Positions 8,975 through 17,756 are shown, numbered from the stretch's first letter. The stretch is 26,257 bases of DNA from Verrucomicrobiota bacterium (GCA_038209745.1 JBBQXJ010000067.1:1-26257), one strand, 5' to 3'. Notes: generated by a model not told the origin, from the sequence alone. Numbers and translations are program-made.

Positions 8975-9123
8975 GTAGGGACGTTTGGCCGAAACGTCCC
9001 CGTCTGCCGACGAAGGAGGCACGAACGCAGCGAGTTTTTCGGGAGGCACGAACGCGTCGAGGAGATGCTCACCGCGTTCGCCTCGCTTCGCTCGAAAGTA
9101 GGGACGGATCGGCGAGCCGGCCC
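8975..9123 (+). repeat. Pair of GTAG-type REP elements between convergent folA and the aldo/keto reductase
   Basis: gtagggacgtttggccgaaacgtccc (8975-9000, 9-bp stem) and gtagggacggatcggcgagccggccc (9098-9123). A 14-bp direct repeat ggaggcacgaacgc lies between them at 9015 and 9042. Confidence 0.7.
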
Positions 9124-9136
9124 GACCACGCCTTCC

Positions 9137-10282
9137 TCACGCCGGTTTCGCGTGGGTGCAGACAAGATCCTTCTGGGGATCGATGCCCCAGCGTTGGCCG
9201 ATCTGTTCGAGATCGTTGTTCAGGCTCCAGCGATCGGCGACGGGCTCGCCGGTGTAGGCGGGATTGCCGCCCTTGAGGTCCATGCAGCCCTTGTTGTTTC
9301 CGATGTCGGTGACGCCCGCGACTTCCTCGGCGGTCAGCTTCTGCTCGGGCAAGCCGGCCAGTTCGTCGATCTTCGCCTCGATGGTCTTGCCCTGGCCGCC
9401 GACCTCTTCGATCAGCGTGGGAATGACGCTCTCGACGGCGGGATGGGCCAGGTTCCACAGGCAGGCGAGTTGAAGCAGCGTAAGTCCATGCTTCTCGGCG
9501 ACCGCCTGCATCTTGGAGATCTTCTCGCTGCCGGTTTCCACCCAGCCCTTGGGGCGATAGGTGCGGTGATCCCAGTCGGCGAACTTGTGGCCGGGCTTCA
9601 CGTCGCCGTGGAACAAGCCGCCGTGATCCACCACGCGGGTGATGATCTTCACGCCGTGCTTCACCGCCGCCGGGAGACAGAGGGCGCCGGGCCAGGGCTC
9701 CAGCGGATTGAGGATGATCATGGCCCAGTCGATCAAAGCGCCGAAGCGTTCGAAGGAAAGAATGACGTCGAGCGCGAACCCGTTGGCGGGGCCGGGCGCG
9801 ATGCCCAGACGTTCGGTCAAGCCGGCGTCCTTCAGCTTCTCCATGCCCTTCCAGACGGCGTCGCTGCCGTAGCCGGTGGAGTCCGGGTTGTGCAGCATGA
9901 GCAGGTCGAACTTGTCGACGCCGCAGCGTTCCAGGGATTTCTCCGTGGCCATGCGCAGGTAGCCGGCATAGTCGGACGGCTGCCGCAGCCGCGTATCGGT
10001 GAAGCGGGGGAAGCCCTTCGAACCGTCGCGCTTACCGGTGTAGAAGTCGTGGCCCGCGGCGCCGACGAGGCAGTAGCTGGCGCGCGGCAGGCCGGCCAGG
10101 GCCTTGCCGAGCATCTCGTCGGCGGCGCCGTTGCCGTAGACATCGGCCGTCATGAAGGTGCGGACGCCCTTCTGGTAGGCGTATTGGATGGAGGAGACGA
10201 AGCGTTCTTCGCTCAGCGGTTCGCCGAAGTGCATGAAGCGGCCGCCGTTCCAGGTTCCGTAAGCAGTGCGTGTCAGGTCCAT
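9137..10282 (-). CDS. Aldo/keto reductase family protein
   Basis: YGTW, TADVYGNG (catalytic Asp/Tyr), SLERCGVDKFDLLMLHNPD, and LAHPAVESVIP. Confidence 0.9.
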   Translation of the reverse strand: MDLTRTAYGTWNGGRFMHFGEPLSEERFVSSIQYAYQKGVRTFMTADVYGNGAADEMLGKALAGLPRASYCLVGAAGHDFYTGKRDGSKGFPRFTDTRLRQPSDYAGYLRMATEKSLERCGVDKFDLLMLHNPDSTGYGSDAVWKGMEKLKDAGLTERLGIAPGPANGFALDVILSFERFGALIDWAMIILNPLEPWPGALCLPAAVKHGVKIITRVVDHGGLFHGDVKPGHKFADWDHRTYRPKGWVETGSEKISKMQAVAEKHGLTLLQLACLWNLAHPAVESVIPTLIEEVGGQGKTIEAKIDELAGLPEQKLTAEEVAGVTDIGNNKGCMDLKGGNPAYTGEPVADRWSLNNDLEQIGQRWGIDPQKDLVCTHAKPA

Positions 10283-10503
10283 GATTAAAAAGGTGCGAAG
10301 AACCTACCAACGCGGCCGAGGATGCAAATGGGAAAGTCTGGACGGATCTTCGCCGGAACACGCCATTGCTTGGCACACCCCGATCCAGCCTCGATAAAAC
10401 CGGCCCGTCCTCTTCGGCCGGTTGCGGATCGACGAACCCCTGTCGTTTCCGCAAAATCCCTCGAGTCGGCCAGTGTTCCCCCTAAATCCCAGCCACCATC
10501 ACC

Positions 10504-10950
10504 ATGAGCAAAATGATCCCCACCATCCCCTCGAACCTCGCCGGCCCCCTCGGCCTCGTGCATCTGCCACGCCTGTGGCTCAAGGCCCTGCTCGCAGGCA
10601 GCGGCCAATTGGCGGACGGCTACAAGGACATCGGTCCGGGCTATGACTTCATGGTTCTCGAAGCCATCGGCATCTCGCCCGACGCGGCCCGCACCTACAT
10701 CCATTCGGCCAAACCGAGCTACTTCGCCTTCGAGAAGTGGATCTCCGCCCAACCCGGCGCAAAGCTGGACAAGGCCACCATCGACGCCAGCAACGCCGCC
10801 GTCGTCGGCTACCACCATGACGACGAAGACCGCATCGGCATCCTCGCCGCCGCCGGCCTGCCCGACGACGGCCGTTTCCAGGACGCCGTCACGCTCAACT
10901 CCTTCGACGACTGGACCGAGGCCCACGCGGCGGTTGTGAAAGGAAGCTGA
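10504..10950 (+). CDS. DUF5069-like conserved protein
   Basis: 'GPLGLVHLPRLWLKA...GYDFMVLEAIGI...FEKWI...I-ASN...DDW' fits my recollection of DUF5069; strong host codon bias. Confidence 0.7.
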   Translation: MSKMIPTIPSNLAGPLGLVHLPRLWLKALLAGSGQLADGYKDIGPGYDFMVLEAIGISPDAARTYIHSAKPSYFAFEKWISAQPGAKLDKATIDASNAAVVGYHHDDEDRIGILAAAGLPDDGRFQDAVTLNSFDDWTEAHAAVVKGS

Positions 10951-11093
10951 TCCGAGGCGACTCGACTGGGATCCATCAAACCAACGCCGGGCGGGCTCCA
11001 CGGCCTTCCCGGCGTTTCCAATGCCGCCACCCTCCGCGCAGTCCGCATGATTTCGAGTTTGGCCGCGCCCTCGCTCCGTGCTGTAACTCACCC

Positions 11094-13127
11094 GTGCCCG
11101 AAGCGCCCCCGCCATCTACCGTCCCCGACCAACCGGTCGGCACCCTCCATGGCGTGGGGCTGGAGCGCGCGGCGCAGTTGGCCCGGCTCGAAATCCGCAC
11201 CGTCGGCGATCTGATCCTGCACGCCCCGCGCCGGCACGAGGACCGCCGCCATTTCAAAGCCATCCGTGATCTCGTTCCCGGTGAACCCGCCACCACGCGC
11301 GGCCAGGTCGTTGCGCTGGGATCGAAGAAGTTCAAGAACAGTTCCCGCTCCGTGGTGGAGGTGATCGTGGAGGACGGCACCGGGCGGCTTTTTCTGCGCT
11401 GGTGGAACCTTCCCTTCATGGAGCGGATGTTCGCCGTGGGCGACGAGCTCTTCATCTACGGCAAGATGGGCGACCGGAAGCCGCGCTCCATGGACCATCC
11501 GGAGACGGAGATCATCGAGGCGGGCGACGAGCTCTTCATCCACATCAACCGCGTCACCCCGATCTACCCGTTGACGGAAGGGTTGCCGCAGCGATCGATC
11601 CGCAGCTTCGTCTGGCGCGCCCTCGAAGCCGCCGCCGGCCAGATCCCGGATCCGCACGCGGCCACCGTGCCGCCCGTGTGGCCGTCGCGCGAAACCGCGC
11701 TCCGCCAGCTCCATTTCCCGAAGGAACCCGCCGACTCCGAACGGGGGCGCCGCAGGCTCGCGCTGGACGAGTTCATCGACCTCCAGATCGCCATCCAGCG
11801 CCGCCGCCGCAATCTCGAACGCAACGCAACCGCCTTGCCCTGCGGCGGCGACAATTCGCTCATCAAACCGTTCCTCGCCGCGCTGGGGTTCCCGTTGACC
11901 GACGCGCAGGCCAGGGTGCTGAAGGAGATCCGCGCCGATCTCGGCGGCAAGGTCCCGATGCGGCGTCTGCTCCAAGGGGACGTCGGCGCCGGCAAAACCG
12001 TCGTGGCCGCCTGCGCCGCGCTGATGGCGCTGGAGAGCGGCTTCAACGTGCTGATCATGGCCCCCACGGAGATCCTCGCCGAACAGCACACGCGGAACTT
12101 CCGCGCCTGGCTGGAGCCCTTGGGCATCCCCGTGAACGTCTGGACCGGGAGCGTGAAGAGCGACACGAGCGGTCAGCTGTTCGGCTCCGGCATCCGGCAT
12201 CCGGCATCCGGCGTCGGGGATCAGACTCCTTCCCTCACCATCGGCACCCACGCCTTGATCGACAGCGGATTCTCCATGGAGAAGGTCGGGCTCGTGGTCA
12301 TCGACGAGCAGCACAAGTTCGGCGTCGGCCAGCGGGAGAAGCTCGTGCGCAAGGGCCGCTACCCGCACCTGCTGGTGATGACAGCCACACCCATTCCCCG
12401 CACTCTGGGCCTGACGCTCTACGGGGATCTCGACGTGTCGGTCATCGACGAACTGCCCGCTGGCCGCGGCCGCATCCGCACGTATGTCCGCAGCGCCGAC
12501 CGCTTGCCGAAGGTCTGGGATTTCATCCGCGAAAAGCTGACCGAAGGACGCCAGGCCTACGTGGTCTATTCCCGGCTGGAAGAAGCCGACACCGTCGCCG
12601 GCGTGAAAGCGGCGACCCACGAGTTCGAGCGGTTGAAGACCTCCTTCGCCCCGCATCGCGTCGGCCTGATCCACGGCCGGATGAAAGCCGACGAAAAGGA
12701 ACTGGTGATGCGGGCCTTCCGCGCGAACCAGATCCAGCTGCTGCTGGCCACCTCGGTCATCGAGGTCGGCGTCGACGTGCCCAACGCCACGGTGATGGTG
12801 ATCGAGAACGCCGAGCAGTTCGGCCTCGCCCAGCTCCATCAGCTTCGCGGCCGCATCGGACGCGGCGCACACGACTCCTTCTGCATCCTCGTCGCTACCG
12901 CCAAGACCGACGCCGCCCACCAGCGCCTCAAGATCATGGAGGCCACCCACGACGGCTTCCGTCTCGCCGAAGAGGACCTGCTCCTGCGCGGCCCCGGCGA
13001 ACTCCTCGGCCAACAGCAGAGCGGACTTCCCAAACTGCGCTTCGGCGATCTCGTCACGGACCGCGAACTGGTGGAGGAAGCCCGGGGTCTCGCGAAGGTG
13101 TTTTTGGACAAAGAGCCAGTTCGGTAA
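11094..13127 (+). CDS. recG: ATP-dependent DNA helicase RecG
   Basis: Wedge domain, Walker A LLQGDVGAGKT, MAPTEILAEQH, IDEQHKFG, MTATPIPRTL, QLHQLRGRIGRG and TRG motif DGFRLAEEDLLLRGPGE. Confidence 0.97.
   Translation: MPEAPPPSTVPDQPVGTLHGVGLERAAQLARLEIRTVGDLILHAPRRHEDRRHFKAIRDLVPGEPATTRGQVVALGSKKFKNSSRSVVEVIVEDGTGRLFLRWWNLPFMERMFAVGDELFIYGKMGDRKPRSMDHPETEIIEAGDELFIHINRVTPIYPLTEGLPQRSIRSFVWRALEAAAGQIPDPHAATVPPVWPSRETALRQLHFPKEPADSERGRRRLALDEFIDLQIAIQRRRRNLERNATALPCGGDNSLIKPFLAALGFPLTDAQARVLKEIRADLGGKVPMRRLLQGDVGAGKTVVAACAALMALESGFNVLIMAPTEILAEQHTRNFRAWLEPLGIPVNVWTGSVKSDTSGQLFGSGIRHPASGVGDQTPSLTIGTHALIDSGFSMEKVGLVVIDEQHKFGVGQREKLVRKGRYPHLLVMTATPIPRTLGLTLYGDLDVSVIDELPAGRGRIRTYVRSADRLPKVWDFIREKLTEGRQAYVVYSRLEEADTVAGVKAATHEFERLKTSFAPHRVGLIHGRMKADEKELVMRAFRANQIQLLLATSVIEVGVDVPNATVMVIENAEQFGLAQLHQLRGRIGRGAHDSFCILVATAKTDAAHQRLKIMEATHDGFRLAEEDLLLRGPGELLGQQQSGLPKLRFGDLVTDRELVEEARGLAKVFLDKEPVR
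12186..12213 (+). repeat. Heptamer microsatellite (TCCGGCA x3 + TCCGGCG) inside recG
   Basis: Sequence tccggca tccggca tccggca tccggcg encodes SGIRHPASG. Confidence 0.9.
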
Positions 13128-13242
13128 TCTCCTTGCGTAAAGAATCGGCTTCAGTCCGGTCCGACCAGCAGATGACCAGACTGACAAAGCCCGCCCGGAT
13201 CATCCTGCTCGTTTTGAGCCGGAACGATTCAGCGGAACTGAA

Positions 13243-13390
13243 TGGGGAGCGCAGCCGCCACGGCTGCCGTCCGGCGCGCCTCGCGCCGGACTCGGGCGCG
13301 CCCGGACACACCAGCCGGTGAATGGAGTCCGGCGCCTCCCGTGGACCGCGAGGGCGCGGTCCACTGCGCCCGGGGCGGGCGCGCTCCCCA
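13243..13390. repeat. 148-bp MITE/REPIN-like element with 10-bp terminal inverted repeats and internal hairpins
   Basis: Ends tggggagcgc / gcgctcccca. Internal stems: gcagccg-cca-cggctgc (13251-13267), gtccggcgcg-cct-cgcgccggac (13269-13291) and gtggaccgcg-aggg-cgcggtccac (13341-13364). Confidence 0.8.
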
Positions 13391-13654
13391 ATCCCAACTG
13401 CTTCGTTCCGGCTCAGACCGGAAGGCAAGGAAGCCAGCGACTCCAAGTGGGCGGTCTCCTGATCGAATCCCGGCGATTTCTCAATTTCATCGACCGACCC
13501 GGTCGATAAAAAAGCCGGGTCTCGAACGCGAAAGCGCGACCGTGCCCGATCCCAACGCATTTTCGTCCCGCCCTGTGACACTTCCCCGGAAACTTCCCCT
13601 TGTCCGACTCAGGCACCCCGTTTCGGTGACCGACAAAATTGTCCCAGATGAGGG

Positions 13655-13670
13655 TGGCACCCGTGGTGCT
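13655..13670 (+). promoter_or_regulatory. Putative sigma54 (-24/-12) promoter of the pilin gene
   Basis: TGGCAC-CCGTG-GTGCT has exact GG-N10-GC spacing and one mismatch to TGGCAC-N5-TTGCW; it lies about 105 nt upstream of the ATG. Confidence 0.7.
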
Positions 13671-13774
13671 AGTTCTCAATCGCGGCCACGACGGGCAATG
13701 AGTGAACCGACACTGTAATCAAATAATCAGCCCGTCGTTCTGGTTCACGCCGCAACCAAAAACAGACTCGCAAC

Positions 13775-14122
13775 ATGAAAACTCAGTTCAACAATCGCAA
13801 GGGCTTCACACTCGTAGAAATCATGATCGTCGTGGCGATCATCGGCCTCCTCGCCGCCATCGCCATTCCGAACTTCGTCAAGGCCCGCACCACGGCCCAG
13901 ACCAACGCCTGCATCGCCAATCTGAAGCAGATCGACGGCGCGATGGAACAGTATGCCCTCGAAGGCAAGCTCGCCGCCGGCGCCGCCTGCACCTTGACCG
14001 CGATCTCCGGCGACAGCACCAAGTTCATCAAAGTGACGCCCGCTTGCCCCGCCAGCGGCACCTACGCCGTCACCGCGATCGGCACGACCCCGACCTGCAC
14101 GGTGGCCGGCCATACGCTCTAA
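13775..14122 (+). CDS. Type IV pilin-like protein with class III (prepilin) signal; probable major pilin
   Basis: MKTQFNNRKG|FTLVEIMIVVAIIGLLAAIAIPNF with Glu at +5, 115 aa, four Cys, strong codon bias, and its own promoter and terminator. Confidence 0.9.
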   Translation: MKTQFNNRKGFTLVEIMIVVAIIGLLAAIAIPNFVKARTTAQTNACIANLKQIDGAMEQYALEGKLAAGAACTLTAISGDSTKFIKVTPACPASGTYAVTAIGTTPTCTVAGHTL

Positions 14123-14154
14123 GCCTTCCAGGCAGCGAATTTGTTCCTCTCAAA

Positions 14155-14187
14155 TCCCGCGACATCCCGTCGCGGGACTTCTTTTTT
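14155..14187 (+). terminator. Rho-independent terminator after the pilin gene
   Basis: Stem tcccgcgac/gtcgcggga with a 5-nt loop, followed by cttctttttt. Confidence 0.85.
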
Positions 14188-14222
14188 CTCAACTCGGCCC
14201 GGCGACCGGCCGCTCTTCATAA

Positions 14223-16748
14223 GTGGCCACTCCGGGAAACTCAGAATCGCCCATCGGGACAGCGGCGGAAGCTCCGTCGCTGTCCTGGATCTTCGTGGCC
14301 GGGGCACTCGTTCTCGCCGGAGCCGCCGCGCTCGTCCGCAACAGCGCCACTTGGGTCCACGGCTGGAACGGATGGGTGATCGGGTGGGTCGACGCGCTCC
14401 TGCTCTGCTTTGGCCTGGCTCTTGCCCTGCGCCGGCTCCCCGCGATTCGGTGCGGCCCCACCTCCGGCCTCCTCGCGCTTCTCTCGCTTTCGATCGCCGT
14501 CTCCTGTCTCGCGGCGGACTCCATCGCCAATTCCCTGGCAGCTGCGGTTCCCCTGGCCTGCCTGATCGGGCTGGCCGTTCTCGCTGCACGGACATCTCCG
14601 GCCGGCCTCGGTCGAATCGTCGCCGCAGTCTCAGCTTGGGGCGTCGTTCTCTGCGCCGTGAGTCTGTGGCGCTGGTTGATGCAGGACATCGCCGCGGAAT
14701 CCGCCCGGGTCGCCCAGATCAACGGCCTGCTCGGCGAACAAGCCTTCCACATTGACTGGCCGGAGATCCGCAACGGCCACCCGTTCGGGCACCAGAACTA
14801 TCTGGCAGGGGCGATCCTCCTGCTGATCCCGGTTTGGCTGGGTCAAGCGACCTCGGATCGACGGTGGATCAAGCTCACCGCCCTGTTCGGACTGGGTCTC
14901 GGATTTCTGACGCTCTGGAGCACACAGACCCGGGCCGCCGCCCCAGCGCTCGCCGTGATGCTGGGGATGGTCCTCGTTTGGACCGCAGTTCGCCGCGTCT
15001 GGAGCCCCAAGGTCTGGACGCTTTGGCTCGTCCTCGGCGGTGCGGCCATCGGCGCGCTGATCGCGACCAATGTCCGCAATCAGGATCTTTCCGCCTCCGG
15101 GGAGGGCGTGGCCGAAGTGTGGCGCGTCGACGTCCGGCACCAGATGCTCGCAGCGGGTCGCCTGCTTCTCCGGGGCCACGAATGGACCGGCATCGGGCCC
15201 GGGGCCGTTCCCGGGAAATACCCTTCCGTCCGTGGGCGGATCGACGCGGGATTGGAGGCCAACTACCAGCTGCACAACACGCCCCTCCAACTCGTCGTGG
15301 AACTCGGCTGGCCCGCCCTGCTCGCCCTGCTCGCCCTGCTGGCGACCACCTTCGTCCGCTGGTGGCGCGCGCCGCTCGACCCCGCGTCGCGAGGGCTGCC
15401 TCCAGCCGTGTGGCCGGGCATCGCCGTGTTCGGCTACGCGGTGTATTCCCTCACCGACTACCAGCTTGATGTCACGGCCATCGCCTGCCTCCTCGGTCTG
15501 GCCATCGGTCTGGTCTGGAACGGCTCGACGCCAGCGGAACCCGTCCGGGTCTCCGGGCCTCGCCCAGACCTCATCGCCCATGGTTGTGTCGTGCTCCTCC
15601 TGGGTTCGGCGCTGGTCGCAACTGCCTGGGTTGGCCGGGCGCGCTGGTCTTTCCACCAGGCGAGCGCCGCGCTGATGCGGTCCGACAGCGCAACCTTCCT
15701 GCAGCTGGCCGCACGAGCCCACGAACAGGATCCATCGGATCCTTTCTACCCGGAGAAGATCGCCGCGTGGCACATCGAATCGCTCGGCGCCTCCACCAAT
15801 GCAGCCCGCGCGACGGTCGAATCCGCCGCCGCCGCACACTGGTTGAAAGCGTCGTTGGAACGATCGCTGAACTCAGAATACGCCCACTTCAACCTCGGGT
15901 GGCTCCTGCTCGCCAATGAACCCGGGTCCGCTCTGGAACACTTCCGACAGGCCGCACATCTCGTCCCCGATCGCAAGGGCGTCTATCTGGGCTGCGCTCT
16001 GGCGCTCTCCCGGCTGGAACGGCAGGAGCAAGCAACGGATTGCCTGGCGCTGGAACTGGTCTTGGATCCGGGCTTTCTCGCCACTTCGACCCCCTGGAAA
16101 AACGAACCGCTGGCGAGCCTCAAGAAACAAGCGGTCCACCGCGCGGCCACCCTCCTGATCGGCGCGTCGGCCGAAGCCGGCGCAGCGAATCCAAACGGAC
16201 GATGGTTCCGCGAAAAGGCCGCCTTTCTTGCCTGGTTTGCCGGGGGGTCCGCTCCCGCCGCGAAAGACCGGGGAGTCCTCGGAGACTTTTGGGGGACGCT
16301 CGATGGAACCAACCTGCCCGCCCCGAAATCCCTCGCCGCCGAAGCTCCTTGGATCTTGGTTCAACAAGCGTGGAAAGAGCCCTCTGCGGAGCGTGCCAAG
16401 CACCTCCTCGCGGCGGCCGCGTATCGTTCCGGCCGGACGATTCCGCCGGACGGCACCCTGAACTTTTGGCTGAACCGGGTGCGCCTTGCTACTTGGAGCG
16501 ATGTGGTCCGCAGCGACCCCGCGTGGGAACTGATCTCCGGATACCGCCGCCAACGCACCGGCTACAATCTCATCGCCCGCCAAGCGGAGGGCGCGCGCCC
16601 GGCGGACATTCCGACCTACGAGGAGAACGTCTTCTTCGAAACGTTCTTCCGCTTCCTCGCCGGCACCAGGTCCGACGTCCCCAGCCCCGTTATGCTGCGC
16701 GAGTTGGACCGGATCATCGCTTCGGTCCCTACCGAAACGAGGCGGTAG
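14223..16748 (+). CDS. O-antigen ligase (Wzy_C/WaaL)-like polytopic membrane protein with C-terminal TPR-like region; candidate pilin O-oligosaccharyltransferase
   Basis: About a dozen hydrophobic segments; motifs RNGHPFGHQNYLAG, STQTRAA, WTGIGPG and QLHNTPLQLVVELG; helical repeats such as YAHFNLGWLLL...ALEHFRQAAHLVP. The start codon is uncertain. Confidence 0.82.
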   Translation: MATPGNSESPIGTAAEAPSLSWIFVAGALVLAGAAALVRNSATWVHGWNGWVIGWVDALLLCFGLALALRRLPAIRCGPTSGLLALLSLSIAVSCLAADSIANSLAAAVPLACLIGLAVLAARTSPAGLGRIVAAVSAWGVVLCAVSLWRWLMQDIAAESARVAQINGLLGEQAFHIDWPEIRNGHPFGHQNYLAGAILLLIPVWLGQATSDRRWIKLTALFGLGLGFLTLWSTQTRAAAPALAVMLGMVLVWTAVRRVWSPKVWTLWLVLGGAAIGALIATNVRNQDLSASGEGVAEVWRVDVRHQMLAAGRLLLRGHEWTGIGPGAVPGKYPSVRGRIDAGLEANYQLHNTPLQLVVELGWPALLALLALLATTFVRWWRAPLDPASRGLPPAVWPGIAVFGYAVYSLTDYQLDVTAIACLLGLAIGLVWNGSTPAEPVRVSGPRPDLIAHGCVVLLLGSALVATAWVGRARWSFHQASAALMRSDSATFLQLAARAHEQDPSDPFYPEKIAAWHIESLGASTNAARATVESAAAAHWLKASLERSLNSEYAHFNLGWLLLANEPGSALEHFRQAAHLVPDRKGVYLGCALALSRLERQEQATDCLALELVLDPGFLATSTPWKNEPLASLKKQAVHRAATLLIGASAEAGAANPNGRWFREKAAFLAWFAGGSAPAAKDRGVLGDFWGTLDGTNLPAPKSLAAEAPWILVQQAWKEPSAERAKHLLAAAAYRSGRTIPPDGTLNFWLNRVRLATWSDVVRSDPAWELISGYRRQRTGYNLIARQAEGARPADIPTYEENVFFETFFRFLAGTRSDVPSPVMLRELDRIIASVPTETRR

Positions 16749-16754
16749 CACCGT

Positions 16755-17672
16755 TCACTTTCCGGCCGACAGTTCGAGAAACCAGTCTCCGGGCTCCGGC
16801 GTTGGGAATTCGATCCGCGACGCGCTGACCACTCCGATCGCCGCGTGGGACGATCCCGTCCGCGGATCCAGCCAACGGGCCTTGCAGTTTTTGGGCACTG
16901 CCTGGAGCAGGACCGACACGCTGCGATCGCCCGGCGTGTAGGCCAGCAACAGATCGTCGTTGCCCGTCTTCAGCGCGGCGATCTGGCGTCCCGGATCACG
17001 GCCCCCGTCGGGCTGCACGATCAACTCGGGGCAGGACCGAAGCCGCCAGAACTCCAGGCGAGAAAACGTCTCGAAGAGCGGTGTCACCATTCCCTTGGCC
17101 GAGGGGGAGATCAGGTTGCCCACTTCGACGATGTCCGACGCGGGGTTGTTGAAGAGCCCGAGAATGTAGGCGGTGCGCACGTTCGCATCGTCCAGCGGCG
17201 GTGCGATCAGATTGCTGATCTGGTTCGGGGCCGCGCAGAAGAAGGTGCCTTCGACCCCGTGCAATCCCGGATTCGACGCGTCGCTGCATTCGCTTTTCCA
17301 CGTCCAACGCCCCACTTCATTGGGCACGAACTGCACCTTCCAGACGTGCCCTCCCAGATACCGCGCCGGGATCGCCATCTCCCGACCGCCGCCCGAGGTG
17401 AACCGCACGAGAACCTTCACGGCATAGGCGTTCGTCGCGTAGACGCGGGTGCTGGAAAACGACTGCTCGAACACGGCCCACTTGCTCAATCGCAGCTCCT
17501 GAGCCGCCTGCGGAGCCGTCGAAGCGACCGCTGCCGCCGGCGTCGGGCGCTCCGGTTCCGTCGCGCAACCGGCCAGCACCAGGGCAACCGTCAGGGCCCA
17601 GACCCCGGACGCCGCACCGCCGCCGCCAATGAAAACAGCCCGCTTCGATTCCGTCCGCTCCGATGAGTTCAT
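16755..17672 (-). CDS. Lipoprotein with DUF5060-like N-terminal Ig domain and C-terminal putative collagen-binding (Collagen_bind_2-like) domain
   Basis: Lipobox LVLAG|C; 'KWAVFEQSF...VRFTS...WKVQFVPNEVGRWTWKS...GLHG'; C-terminal 'LAYTP...ARWLDPRTG...PTPEPGDWFLEL'. ATG at 17672. Confidence 0.75.
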   Translation of the reverse strand: MNSSERTESKRAVFIGGGGAASGVWALTVALVLAGCATEPERPTPAAAVASTAPQAAQELRLSKWAVFEQSFSSTRVYATNAYAVKVLVRFTSGGGREMAIPARYLGGHVWKVQFVPNEVGRWTWKSECSDASNPGLHGVEGTFFCAAPNQISNLIAPPLDDANVRTAYILGLFNNPASDIVEVGNLISPSAKGMVTPLFETFSRLEFWRLRSCPELIVQPDGGRDPGRQIAALKTGNDDLLLAYTPGDRSVSVLLQAVPKNCKARWLDPRTGSSHAAIGVVSASRIEFPTPEPGDWFLELSAGK

Positions 17673-17756
17673 GGACCGAAGACAGCAGCAATCCTTCCGT
17701 CCTGTCAAATCCGCCACCGTTGCTTCGCTCCGACGCCCGGCTATTCTCCCCGTCCT

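Noticed and set aside
11088..13321. Long alternative ORFs overlapping recG (699 aa minus strand, 639 aa plus strand)
   Set aside because: Shadow frames of a GC-rich gene, with no motifs; the same applies to the antisense ORFs at 7224-8492, 9065-10288 and 20614-22359.
13775..14122. Conductive (e-pilin) interpretation
   Set aside because: Few aromatic residues and a full disulfide-containing head domain.
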